A stretch of DNA of 64,000 nt from Pecten maximus (lineage: Eukaryota). Both the position numbers and the translations under genes were made by a program. Positions 13,101-27,000 of this stretch are shown here, piece after piece. The stretch spans positions 1,426,001 to 1,490,000 of the forward strand of contig NC_047019.1 of the NCBI RefSeq assembly GCF_902652985.1, read 5' to 3'. The notes below the pieces were generated by a model. The model ran no database searches, was not told the origin of the DNA, and saw only the letters and a list, made by a program, of their open reading frames with translations. How positions within the stretch are numbered: position 1 is the first letter of the stretch; each line of letters opens with the position of its first letter.

Positions 13101-15959
13101 AACATTATTTGGAACAACTTCTGTTGAACAGTTATCACATCTGAAAGCAAATACTCGCATAACTTGCAGATTTACAAAGCAATTGAAACAAAATTCCTTC
13201 ACATAACATTACTAATCTTGCTCTGTGTACAAGTTTATCAACACTTTAATAAAATACCGAAATATGGCGATGGGTGCATTGTTAGCTGCGCCTCAGCTAG
13301 TAAGGCGTGTCTCAGTAATACTCTTTAGTCCGTCATTTGTCCTCAAACCTCAATCCTCAATATATATAAATACCTATTATCTTCAATGGCTTTGAAGGAG
13401 AGAGAGGTTGGCGGCAACAGAGCATTCATCAAGGGCACTGCAACTTTTTGTAAGTCTGCAGTGCTCATATTCGATAATGTCATTAGTAGTAACAGAGTGA
13501 CATCTAGGGGCATCTATGAAATTGATAATGATTTACATCTAGTCATGTCATACATAATTATCAGTATGCAATATTGTGTTTGATGCCACTTACTCAAAAT
13601 AGAAAATAATTGTTTTTAAACGCTTGTTCTTTGACAATGACCAAACAAATAATTTGCGAATATAAATTCTAATGAACAAATTCATAACAAACTAACATAT
13701 CTAGCCATATCGTCTAATACCCCTGTACACTCATATATTTCCCCTTATACATATACAAAATGTACAACAATATTTGTACGAGTAGAGAATATCATAATCC
13801 GATACGTCATCACTTTACGTGTAGATGACGTATCGGATCACATTATAGGTCTTTTTATAATAACAAAATCCAAATAGGTTATATGTCTCCATCAAATATC
13901 GCGATTGGTCAATACTTGTAGGTGTTTTATCAGGTGAAAAAGATGTATGATTTAGTTTGTTTGGGATCTATCGTATCTACCTCTCGGTCTGTGAATAAAG
14001 GTGCCAATATCGTGTGTGTTATTTGTATGATTTGGAGTAGGTGGTAGAAATTACAAGGAGATAAAGTCCCCGAGTTCTGTTGTGTCATATCTCGCGTTCT
14101 ATATCATATGGAATTTTGCATGTTATGTTAAATTACAGTTGGTATCAACTATGGATACTGCCACCATCGATCCATGTTTTTTTGTTTATTTTTAGTATGT
14201 TATCATAGCATTAATAATTGTTTAATTAATTAGTATGACATAAGATTCGTGTTTAACATGTATGTTCTAATTTATCTCTTCTAGTTTACTTTCAAGAGCT
14301 AAGTGTTGGGGAACGCCTATATCATATTAGATGTACTGACATCTTATATATTTTACGTTGTATAGTTTGTTGAGATGTGCATGTAAGTTTTTGTTACGGG
14401 GTCAGCAAGTTTTTTTATGCTAATGAGACGGGTAGTCATTGAGCAATCAGCATTATCCCTTAGAGGGGTAGCAGCATTGCCAGCACCTTATACTATATGT
14501 ATTGATTCAGGCAAATGATCATCGTTTGTTTTTATACTTACTCTTCGACTATTCAAGTTACAACTATCAACATGGATTACTTTACGAAGATTATTACTGA
14601 GCGTTGAGTGACTTTCATCTATTAAACATGAACTTTCCATTTGTGTTAATTCCAAGTGCAGTTTCTAGAATTAAGCTTTTGTTAGGCTACTTTCGTGAAG
14701 TCCGGTTCACGCGACAATATGTCGCTGATCAGTCGACGTTCGAGACACGGTCGGTGGTAAGAAACTTTTGAACTTTACGTATTTAACCCCCACACAACTT
14801 TTACTGTAGAAGGTTTACGCACATTCACTGGGTAACTTGTAACGGAATACTTCGTTGTTCTTGTTACTTGGCTAACAGCGTCTCTACTCTTCAAGACATT
14901 TAGAAAGGTGATTCAACGATCCCGAATTCAGTACCGTTAATATTCGATCCCCCGTGTCGGATTCAAATGTGCACGTTTTACAGTCTCCAAGTTCCAGCCA
15001 TCGAGTCGCGCCGGCTGCGGCTGCCGGTAGTGAAAGCCAAATTACAACGGAACCTAGCATACTCTCTACAACTCCTCAACCGCCTTGTACGGATTTTACT
15101 CTTTAGACGGCTTATAGGTGTCTGGAACAAGCATCATCGTCGCAAGGTGAGAACTTTTGTAAACGAACGAGATTTGGGTATGCAGCAGAATCACTGCCGT
15201 TGGTAGAGACTGTTTCTCCATATTTACGACATGTACGATGTCTGCTCTCCTTATACCATACTTTTCTGGGCAGAGTGATCCTAGTTGTTTAACATCGGAT
15301 AAACCTGATGCTAGGCTGAGTAGGACTTTGAATTTGAGCGAATTCATTTTCGGTGTATATAAACATGTTATGTGTTCTGCTCACCCTCCCAGACGGATTG
15401 AACTTGACCTGTATGAAAGAGACATAGTAGACATGGTCACATGATACGCAGTAGGGTTTTATGATTATCATAAACAATTTTCTTTAAGGGCAGCAGCCCA
15501 ATTGCGCTATAACAACACACCTATCGACTGGTCTGTGCGAGACAATACCCTTTTTTGCAATATTTTTGCTAATAAACGGGCAATTTCTTGTGACAAGTGT
15601 AACAGCACTTTACCTACTACCAGCTTCTGTCCTGCACCTCAAGTTCAGCGTGTCAAGGTCAAGGTTCTTCAAGAGGCGACAGATCGGGTCCATCTATAGT
15701 CAGAGTTCCGCTACTATCGATTCAAAAGGAAGGAAAAAGGAGTTTCACAAAGGTCGGGAAATTGCAATAATTTCAACGATATAGAGGGGTGTATCAAGTC
15801 TGTTTGCTACTTCAGTCATGTATGTTTAGTATGTACAGGAAGGCACCCTAAGTCTGCTTGCCCTTTAGACGGCACCAAGCCTCCAGCATGGAATAAATAG
15901 TATTTACTGGCCCCGCTGAGCCGCACGCCATTACACCCATACACATTCCGGCTTTAAGA

Positions 15960-17340
15960 TTTGAGCTCCGCCAAAATCCAAAGATAGAAAGTTTGTTAAT
16001 GATCTGCTCGATGGTTTAACCTGCGGTTTTGACACAGGATTTCAATCTCTACCTGATAACTCCATCATTTGTAAAAAATTGAAGTCGGCTACAGAAGATC
16101 CAGGTTGTGTTAAAGATTTGGTTAATAAGGAGTTAAAAAATGGTTATCCTTTAGTTCCATCCCTTATCAAGACTATCGCATTAATCCAATTGGCTTAGCA
16201 GAACATCAATACTCAAAGAAGAAACGGCTTATTGTTGATTTATCGGCGCCTCACGAGGATATAACCAATCCAAGTCTGAATAGTCTGATTGATAAAGCTA
16301 CCTGTTTTTTACACTATGTTACCATCGATGATGCCATCCGTCTTATTAAATATTCAGGAAAATATGCTTGGTTAATGAAAACAGATATTACAGATGCTTT
16401 AAGTTCATGCCCACCAAACCAGAAATATGGCCATATCACGGAATACAATCGGAAAATATATATTATTTTCCCCCAAGACTAGTCTTTGGTAGCCGTTCTA
16501 GTCCTAAGCTGTTCGACAACCTCTCCAAAGCTGTTTGCTGGATTGCCAAAACCAATTACCATATCAACAACATTTTACATCTCCTAGATGATTTTTAGTC
16601 ATAGAACCAGCTTGTGTTGATGCTACAGCCACTATGGCAATATTCTCCAACCTCTGCATACCTTTAGGAGCACACAAAACCGTAGGACCATGCATTTCGT
16701 TGGAGTATCTAGGTGTGTATATTGACTCTGGAACCAGTGAAATACGGTTACCTGTGGAGGAAATAGATAGGATTGTACAGTTTGTAGATTCTTTTAAGAG
16801 GAAGAAATCTTGTACAAAACGCGAACTTTTAAGCCTACTAGGACACATGAAGTTTGCCTGTCGCTGTATTAGACAAGGCCACTCGTTTGTTTCTCACTTG
16901 ATTTCGCTGTCGACTGCAGTGAGTAAACTCCACTTTCATGTCAAACTAGCAGAAGCGTGTCGTGCTGACCTTAATATGTGGTCGCTTTTCTTAAGAAATT
17001 GGAACGGTGTATCTTTTTTCGGAGGTATTTATTATAACAAGTGGTTTCAGGATGTCTTTCATCCCAGTCTGAAGAACCAAGACCCTTCTATGGCCCTTTT
17101 TGAACTTCACCCTATAGTTATGGCTTGTGTGTTGTGGGGCCATCAGTGGCATGAGAAGCGCATCGCATTTCACTGTAGAAATTATTTCTAAAAGTTAAAA
17201 GCATTATGGGACTTATTCGCAAGCTAACCTATCATTCTGCTGTACTCAACTTTGTCGTTCATGCTGTGCATATTCCAGGGAAACTCGATAACATTGCCGA
17301 CGCTATTTCTCGGTTCCAGATGCAACGTTTCAGAGAGCTT
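15960..17340 (+). pseudogene. Reverse transcriptase/RNase H pseudo-ORF of the Ngaro/DIRS element
   Basis: Fragments in ORFs 16368-16598 and 16634-17191 plus flanking frames. An internal deletion near 17020 joins WNGVSFF directly to GGIYYNKWF. Confidence 0.85.
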
Positions 17341-17349
17341 GCACACTAG

Positions 17350-18250
17350 CTACTTACAGATCAGGTTAGAATTGTTTTCGGACATTCATTCTCATGCAAG
17401 GCATCCGGTTTCCGTTGAATTCTCTACCAACAGTCTCCGAGGACTTACTGATTCGTTTCGTGACACATTGTCAAAAAGCACAAGGTCTTAAATATGACAC
17501 AATCAAACTTTACCTGGCTGGTGTACGCTTCAATTGCATTCGTTTTAATGTTGGTGATCCACCTGTCAATACTCCAAGACTGACTTATATTTTGCGAACA
17601 ATTAAAAAGTCTTGTGGGTACTCTCTATTTAAATGTTTTCCCATTGCATGTGAGGTGCTTACTAAACTATGTTCCGCCTTGTGCGACACCAAAGGAATTT
17701 TCGAACCTTTCATTGACCTCATGCTCGTTTGTGCTTTTCAAAACAGCATTTTATGGATTTCTGCGATGTGGTGAATTCACGTGCTTAACACTACAGGATA
17801 ATAATTTTATTCGTATGTGTGATGTAACTGTTACCTGATAAGTTTAGTTTTCACCTATGTCTGCGCTGTTCAAAAATGGACCTTTTGGCAGGGGAGTTGT
17901 CATGCAGGTTTTCGAAAATCGCCAGTTGACTCCGGTGTCAACAATGCATGACTATTTGAAAGTGCGCTATGTCCAAGGGGCTACTCCTATTTCCCCTTTG
18001 TTTGTAGACAATGTGTTTGTCACTAAGCCGCTAACACGACTTACGTTTATCACTTATTTAAAGGAGACGCTATCACGTATAGGTGGAGACAACCATAGTT
18101 TCAACGGACATTCCTTTCGTATAGGTGCTGCCACCTCAGCTGCTGAGGCTGGCGTTGAAGATAATGTCATACAAACACTTGGAAGATGATCCTCCGGCTA
18201 CTACATACGGTACATCCGTACTGACCCTTCACTCATCCCTACTGCTCAAA
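17350..18250 (+). pseudogene. Tyrosine recombinase pseudo-ORF of the Ngaro/DIRS element
   Basis: LKYDTIKLYLAGVR, AFYGFLRCGEFT, PLTRLTFITYLK and GHSFRIGAAT..LGR(stop)SS..YIRYIR spread across frameshifted ORFs. Confidence 0.88.
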
Positions 18251-18607
18251 GGAATATGTCCCTTGCCAACCTACGTTCTTGATCACAAGTTGCTTTGCCA
18301 GGATGTTTGTATGACATGGTTTTCATCATCTGTATTATATAACTACTCTTTTAGACTTTTACTTTGTTGCCACGTTGGGTCTCTTTTATTTACCCAACTT
18401 AAGTTTTCATTGTCCAATTACAATTATTTACTTATACATATTGGAGGCTCTCACTTATAGTAATTCATGTAAATTTTTACATATTTCGTTCAATTTTGGC
18501 CTTTAATTCCTGGGAAATTTTACCCCCAATACTTAGTTAATCTTTTAAATCCCTTTATTCACTTAAAACTATGTAGAAGCGTCTATCACTCATCTTTACA
18601 GGGATAC

Positions 18608-18895
18608 TAGAGCCAAGTCGCTTCTCTATGTCTTAGTAGAGTCAAGCTTCTTCTCTAGTGGGACATTTTCGGTATTAATTCTTTTGTGTCAAGTTGCTTC
18701 TCTGCTGCTCAGTAGAGTCAAGTTTTTTCTCTAATTCAGGCATGTATTTAGTTAAGTCTTAGAGTCAAGTCGCTTCGCTGGTGTTCAGTAGAGTCAAGCC
18801 TCTCAATTTTGAGTACTCCATTTTCTATCTTCACCGTGAAATACCTGGAGTCAAGCTGCTTCTCTGGAGTTCGACCGAGTCAAGCCTCTTCTCGG
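18608..18895. repeat. Degenerate short direct repeats (AGAGTCAAG..GCTTCTCT) at the 3' end of the retroelement
   Basis: About 8 imperfect copies, irregularly spaced. Confidence 0.6.
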
Positions 18896-21007
18896 GGTGT
18901 TTCTCAAAATACTTGAGTCTTGTTCATTTAAGTTAGCTGTATTTTAAGTATGTTTATTGAGTAGAGTGAGTAGAGCCCCTGATATGCCAAATGTTGTTTA
19001 TATGTTGACATGTACATTTGTTTCATTTTGCTTACAAGAGTAATAAACAGGTAAACTGTTGATCATGTTTTAGGTGTATATAAACTAAACAGCGATACGA
19101 TTTAAAATAAACACATATATTTGATAATGGGTTGTAATTCCATATTGAAAATCATTCTATTCAATCTCCCAGATGACACTATTTAAGGAATGTATGTGAT
19201 AGCTATGGCGTTAAACCCGCTTCCTCTTGAAGTTTGCATTGGATTTGATTGTATACCCGGTTACATAATTACAAAATTGGTAAAGGGTCTCCCAATGAAT
19301 GTGGTTACTGGCCGCCCTATGTTTCTCAAGCATGTTTCCTACTGTCAAAATGATAACCACGTCATTAAATTAAAACATGAAGAAAACCATAGATTTGGTG
19401 TAGATTGGTTTGCCTTAGACTCCGTTTTAGTAAATGGGGGAGCATCAATTTATCTGATACCATATCAGTGGCACTACTCGTTTCGAGAGAATTCAATCTG
19501 ATCACATGACAAGTTCATCATTGTTCCTCTGGCAATATGGGAAAAATCCGTCTGGTGAAGACAAATGCCATAACAATCAATGGCAATCCTTAATTCAGAG
19601 GTTGTACATTGTTTACCTATGAGAAGAGGATATAACTTGGTTTCCAAAAAAACCCAAACAACAACAACAACAACAACAACAACAAAAAACAACTGGCAAA
19701 TCATAGCATCTCCAAAGAGTGTTTAGCTATTCCCTTAAAACGAGGATCATTCTGTTTTATTTGTATATCGGGGTATTATTTATATAGATGCCGTTAAGAG
19801 CCGCTGGCAACAGTCGTCAATAACATTACAGTCTAATTATAGGTAATTATAACTAAAAAAATATCTAGAAACGAAATTGTGTATGAACAGTTGCAATAAA
19901 ATCATGATGACAAAACGACATCACAATTAAAAATGTTGATTGTCGTCAATTTTCATACTAAACTCCGCTATCTTCTACCTGAGTAAAATGATCAAAAATG
20001 CAATCCATTATACAATATGCAATTCATCATTGAATTTGAGAGCAATTCACATAATAATTCATTTTAAAGTAGTCTGGAGGTGGGATAATTTTACAAGATT
20101 TTGTGACACCGTAAGCAAACACATCGATGAGTTTACCTGTAAATTTATATGTCAAAATAAGTGATTGTGAAAGAGGAGTGTATTGTTTGTATACTTGAGG
20201 GCATTATCCACATCATCCACATCATCCATTCTGAATCCTAGTAAAATGCTGTGAGTACATACAGGGCTTAGATATTATTATTTAATAAACAAGTCTTTGT
20301 GAGTGTAATCATCAACCATTATAGCCGCTTCACTCAGTGATTTGACTTTTCTCTTATCTAAATGAGTTTTGATATTTCAATGGATACAACGCTAGAATTC
20401 TTCTTTTTACAATAATTGCCTTAGTTTGTCAAAATCTTTGTCAATTTCTTTAGGATAACACCATCTATTGAACAATTGTTCTTTCTCTCAAGCAAATTCT
20501 ACATGACTTATTCTTTTATGAATTTCGAAATTTCTTGGGATAAGCCTCCGGCACGAGCTTATAAGCTTGTGTAATAGCTTTCTTTACTACCTGATAGTCT
20601 GCAATGTTTTCCATAGGTGTTCACTCAGGTTTGGTGTGTTTTATATCCCCTGAGTTATCAACTGCTTTTATTAACCTTATATGAAATAAACATATATGTG
20701 GAAAATACATATACATGTATTCCATGATATGTGATCATATCAGGCTTTAAATACAAAACAAAAACAAACAATTAAGATGCGTCACTGCAAGCACAAATTG
20801 AATTTTCTACGATATTGGGACCCCCTCTCCACCCCAACCCCCCAAAAAATAAAGTAAAAAAAAAAAAAAAAAAATTACAAAAGAATAGATATGTACAATA
20901 TTTAATAATGTTAAACAATTGTTACAGTTGTACAATTTAATTTCTCGATTATGGACACCAAACATACGGATTGACGAAAAATCGCTGTCCCGACTATGGA
21001 ATGCTCT

Positions 21008-23974
21008 TCAACAACGTGCTGCAATAGAAGTAACACATTGGATTAAACATTTGTAAACCTCCCTAATTTAATTCCTCTTTCCATCATTCTACATATTTTG
21101 CCGTATAACATATGTAAACTTCATTTATTTGATTCTTTCTATCATTCTACATATTTTACCGTATAACATTCGTAAACCTCCTTAATTTAATTCTTCTTTC
21201 TACCATTCTTCATTTTTCGTCATATAACATTCGTAAACCCGATGAGTTCAATATCGACGAAAGGTTCATATCTATTGTGTAACACTTTATCATATGAATG
21301 TGTTTCGAAACATATACAGGGATTATGATCAAGTTTTAAATATTTCTAAGCAAGAACTTTTCATTTCCGTCAACCTTTTTCTCAAGTTGTTAACTCTTGT
21401 CAACACAAAACAGCTAGTAAACTTGAAGAATATGTAAGCATGTTCAGATGGAATCATTCATTACACTTGTATATGCCGACAGAGACGATAACTTGTTTAT
21501 CAGGTGAGCTTGTATTTTAGTTTTAAGTTAGTCAATTCCTTTGTAAAGTTATTTGTGTAACAGTTCTCTAATGTGTTGTTAATTCTCATGTTACAAACAG
21601 TTACCTATAATTAAGTTAGAAGATGTATACTGATCCTACAATGACTATGATCGCATTTGTCATGAAATAGAAGCGATCAAACATGAAAACTGATTTATGA
21701 TAATTTCATACCATTTGAAGGGATTAATCTATTTCTAAAATATATCGACTTACCTCTGCACCCTACATACGGGTTACCTATGTAGCCTGGTTTACAATAA
21801 CACCTGTTGACCGAGGTCTTACAGTAGGAATTCGCCCTACACTTCCCCAAGCAGGGAACTGTAATAAAATGATTGATTTTTTTACACCTTTTTTTTTCTG
21901 TAGCTCCGCTCAATTTTCCGCGGTTTCAGAATCAACGATACTGTATAAACACGTATTATCAATATTAAACATGATGACAAATTAAAGAATATGGGTATTA
22001 GTCACTTGTTATAAAATCACATACATTTTAAAAGTTATTTCAAAATATTAGATTTACAGTAACACTTGTTGTCTGTGGTCCTACAGTAGGAGTTTGCCTT
22101 ACATTTACCCCAGCAAGGAACTGAGACATTGGATTTTTATACAACCATTTTAAGGTACAATTGCTCATATGTTTTTGTGTTCATTTGGATCTTACCTTTG
22201 TGTTAAATTTGATATATAGAACGTTTCGAGAACTTAACAGCTGCATTTATTTAATATTGATAAATATTCATCTTTAACTAAGACAAGTAATAATTGATAT
22301 GTATCAAAATGGTTATTTTTTTAACTTCATACATATCATTGATGCAAGCGTATATATCTGAGCTGAAAAAAAAATCTCGCTTCATTATTCTTGCACTGCT
22401 GACATGTAATTGCAGTTTCTAAATATTGTGTCCTATCAAAAATATTGCTGGTAATTAATTTCATCTTGGCGCTAAATTGTATTGCCCAATGCGACAAAAT
22501 TAGAGTCCACTTAAAGAAAGACGTTTACAATATTAAAAGTTTGAAAGATTGTACTCACCTCTCCGTACACATGTACATCCTACATACGGGTTCCCTGTGT
22601 AGCCAGATTTACAGTAACACTTGTTGTCCGAGGTCCTACAGTAGGAGTTTGCCCTACATTTACCCCAGCAGGGAACTGAAACATTGGATTTTTATAAAGC
22701 CATAATCGCACGTCTGTTTTCATATTCATTAGAATCTAACCTTTGTATTGAATTTGATGTATAAAACGTCTCAAGATCGAAACGGCTGCATTCATTTAAA
22801 ATTGATAAAATATTTTTTTTTATGTTGTGTTAGGTTATATGAAACAGACTATAGCTGTGTCTATATTTCTGTACATGCGCACTGAGGCAGATATTGTTGC
22901 GGAGGCGGCCATATTTAAAACAATGTTGACTGACAGCAATGGGTTTGTTGTGTCCGTACACTCCTCACGAACACGCCACATAGCACAACACTTTAGATAC
23001 ATGTAATAAAACTAATAATTAATATGTATCGTGCTGAAAAAAAAATTACGCTTCATTATTCTTGCACTACTGACATGTAATTGCAGTTTCTAAATATGGT
23101 GTCCTATCAGAAAAATCATTGCTAAGTCATTTCATCTCGACGCTTATCTGTTTTGCCCAATGCGATAAAATTAGAGTTCACCAAAAGAAAAACGTTTACA
23201 GTATAAAAAGTTTGACAGATTGTACTCACCTCTCCGTACACATCCTACATACGGGTTCCCTGAGTAGCCAGATTTACAGTAACACTTGTTGTCAGAGGTC
23301 CTACAGTAGGAGTTCGCCTTACATTTACCCCAGCAAGGAACTGAAATATTGATTAATTCTTACTGCTTTGTTCTCTAGCTCCGTTTAACTTTCCGTGGTG
23401 TCATCATCAATGTAATGCTAGTTATAGGAATTTAAAGATGATGTTCAATGGTATTTTATAAACACGGTATTCGATATCAAACTGAAGGACAAAGAAACGT
23501 TCATGGTGATTAAAATAAAAACTTTTAGAAAAAAATACAATTACATACATTGAAAAGTATTTGAAAATGTTAAAACCTTCACTGACCTCTCCGTACACAT
23601 CCGACATACGGGTTCCCTGAGTAGCCAGATTTACAGTAACACTTGTTGTCAGAGGTCCTACAGTAGGAGTTCGCCTTACATTTACCCCAGCAGGGAACTG
23701 AAATACAAATTTACAGTAATTGTAAAGGCTTCTCCTTTTAATGTTAACAGGTTCGCCATGGATTTGAATATCTGTGAATGGTTTAAGAATAATGATATTC
23801 TATTTTACTCATGAATTAGAAAGTTGTTTTGATAAAGAAATATCGTTCTCCCTCTTCATAAGTAATACCACAGCTGCTGCTGATTACAGAATACCTTAAA
23901 TTTAGGTAAGATAAATACATTCCCTTTGCTATTTGATCAGTAACCATTAACTGTGGTCAAGTGACCCCTCATTT

Positions 23975-24011
<37 letters not shown>

Positions 24012-27000
24012 TTGCAAAATAGGGACACAAAACAGAAATAACTAATACTATTACAACTAATCACCGAAAGGGAGATATGAGTATCAATCATTAAAATGAA
24101 TATTTAGCATTCAATTAATATTCATCATTAAAATGAATTTTCATTATTGTAAACACAAAATATTAATGGGATTTTTATTTTCAAGAGGAATGATAATAAT
24201 GTACATTCAACTTGTTATTTCATATTTATTTCAAATATATTTTACTTACTTTTACATCCGACATACGGGTTCCCTGAGTAGCCAGATTTACAGTAACACT
24301 TGTTGTCCGAGGTCCTACAGTAGGAGTTCGCCTTACATTTACCCCAGCAGGGAACTGGAGTACAATAACATCGTTTAATCGCAATCTTTTAACCGTTATA
24401 CATAAACTGAAGTGCTTAGTCATTTTATGGATAAGAATGACTTGTTAAATATTCCCCACTAGGCAGTAAAACATTCGTGTTTATCAAAATGAGCATATGA
24501 TATAAAGGACTTCTTATAAGAACCATGGACTTTTATCAACGACTCAATTTTACCAAAACCAGGTGTTATTTGAAGCAAGACTAGAGACAACTAATGATTA
24601 TTGTTTAGAAAATTCAAAAAGTTTCCAGGATCCTGTGTTATAACAGTTTCCAGGATCATGTGGTATAAAAGTTTCCAGGATCCTGTGTTATAACAGTTTC
24701 CAGGACCCTGTGTTATAACAGTTTCCATGATCCTGTGTTATAACAGTTTCCAGGATCCTGTGTTATAACAGTTTCCAGGACCCTGTGTTATAACAGTTTC
24801 CAGGATCCTGTGTTATAACAGTTTCCAGGATCCTGTGTTAATGGGATTTTTATTTTCAAGAGGAATGATAATAATGTACATTCAACTTGTTATTTCATAT
24901 TTATTTCAAATATATTTTACTTACTTTTACATCCTACATACGGGTTCCCTGAGTAGCCAGATTTACAGTAACACTTGTTGTCCGAGGTCCTACAGTAGGA
25001 GTTCGCCTTACATTTACCCCAGCAGGGAACTGAAACATTGGATTTTACGGTAGTCGTAATAACTACTCCTTTTTGAATGTTTACAGGTTCGCTATGGATT
25101 CAGATATCTTTTTTTTTACTCATGAATTAGAAAGTTGTTTTAATAAAGAAACAAATTTCCCCCGTCACAACAAGAACCATAATTATTATATGCTGTTAAT
25201 TACAAAATACTTAGCATTTAGGAGAGAGAAACAAGTTCCCCTTGATATTTGACCTATAACGATTAACTGTGATCTTGACTCCTGATTCAATTCATGCATA
25301 TTTCGTTCATAACGTCGAGAAAATAGAGAATACTGACATAATGAAAATATTCATCGCAAAAATGAAAGAAATGGAACAGGAAGAACTCGTAATATTACAA
25401 TTAACCATCCTTCCTCCGAAAGAGATATGAATACAGATCAATGAAATACTCCTCATTGAACAAATATTCATCATTTAAATGAATTATTATCATTGAATGA
25501 ATATTCATCATTAGAATAAATATTCATGATTAAAACAAATATTCATCATTTAAATGAATATTTATCATTGAATGAATATTCATCATTAAAATAAACATTC
25601 ATCAGTAAAACAAATATTCATCATTAAAATGAATAGTAATCATTGAAATAAGTATTCGTCATTAAAAATACAGGAAATCATTGAGATTTACCACAGAAAT
25701 AATTCCAAAGTAGAAATAATAATAATGTACATTCAAGTTGTTATTTTAAGCTTATTTCACTTACCTTTACATCCGACATACGGGTTCCCTGAGTAGCCAG
25801 ATTTACAGTAACACTTGTTGTCCGAGGTCCTACAGTAGGAGTTCGCCTTACATTTACCCCAGCAGGGAACTGGAGTACAATAACATCGTTTAATCGCAAT
25901 CTTTTAACCGTTATACATAAACTGAAGTGCTTAGTCATTTTATGGATAAGAATGACTTGTTAAATATTCCCCACTAGGCAGTAAAACATTCGTGTTTATC
26001 AAAATGAGCATATGATATAAAGGACTTCTTATAAGAACCATGGACTTTTATCTACGACCCAATTTTACCAAAACCAGGTGTTATTTGAAGCAAGATTAGA
26101 GACAACTAATGATTATTGTTTAGAAAATTCAAAAAGTTTCCAGGATCCTGTGTTATAACAGTTTCCAGGATCATGTGGTATAACAGTTTCCAGGATCCTG
26201 TGTTATAACAGTTTCCAGGATCCTATGTTATAACAGTTTCCAGGATCCTGTGTTATAACAGTTTCCAGAATCCTGTGTTATAACAGTTTCCAGGATCCTG
26301 TGTTATAACAGTTTCCAGGATCCTGTGTTATAACAGTTTCCAGGATCCTGTGTTATAACAGTTTCCAGGATCCTGTGTTATAACAGTTTCCAGGATCCTG
26401 TGTTATAACAGTTTCCAGGATCATGTGTTATAACAGTTTCAAGGATCCTGTGTTATAACAGTTTCCAGGATCCTGTGTTATAACAGTTTCCAGGACCCTG
26501 TGTTATAACAGTTTCCAGGATCCTGTGTTATAACAGTTTTCAGGATCCTGTGTTATAACAGTTTCCAGGATCCTGTGTTATAACAGTTTTACAAAACAAA
26601 GGTGTGCGCCGTTATTTACTTTGTATCTTAAAGAAAATATTGAAAAAGGCCGTATGCTGTCAAATTTATATTGTCAATAGTATGTAGGTAAATTTTACAA
26701 ATTGATTATTACAATCTTAAAGACAAAAATGTTCAATTTTTTAAGCACACTTTTAGCTATGTCAATATTTTACGGAAGTGATACAGACATTTCTGGTTCT
26801 GATATGCCAATACTGTTTTGTAATTATTTGGTTTAGTTTATTGAGTAATTACGGCAGTTAAAGTCGATGTAGATTTGAGCTCAACTATATAGCTGGATAT
26901 TGTGAAATAAATGGTTTTGGTCAAAAAGTTCCGTGGGTAAAATGCCACTGTTCCCGTAAGAGGGTCTTATGCATTGAATAAGGATGGAATGTTCTTCCTA

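Larger units (their letters stand above)
14300..18960 (+). mobile_element. Decayed Ngaro/DIRS-type tyrosine-recombinase retrotransposon (outer limits approximate)
   Basis: gag-like region with Cys/His finger (EICNNFND..GC....C.FSHVC..C.GRHP...C, ~15755-15862). RT motifs INPIGL..KKKRLIVDLSAPH, YVTIDDAI, KTDITDA, LVFGSRSSPKLFD and LHLLDDF. RNase H remnant ELHPIVMAC..WG and HIPGKLDNIADAISR. YR motifs FYGFLRCGEFT and GHSFRIGAATSAA..G. Many frameshifts and stops. Confidence 0.9.

Noticed and set aside
22445-25053. Plus-strand ORFs sharing HTGSLSSQIYSNTCC
   Set aside because: Antisense shadows of the EGF exons; the splice signals are on the minus strand.
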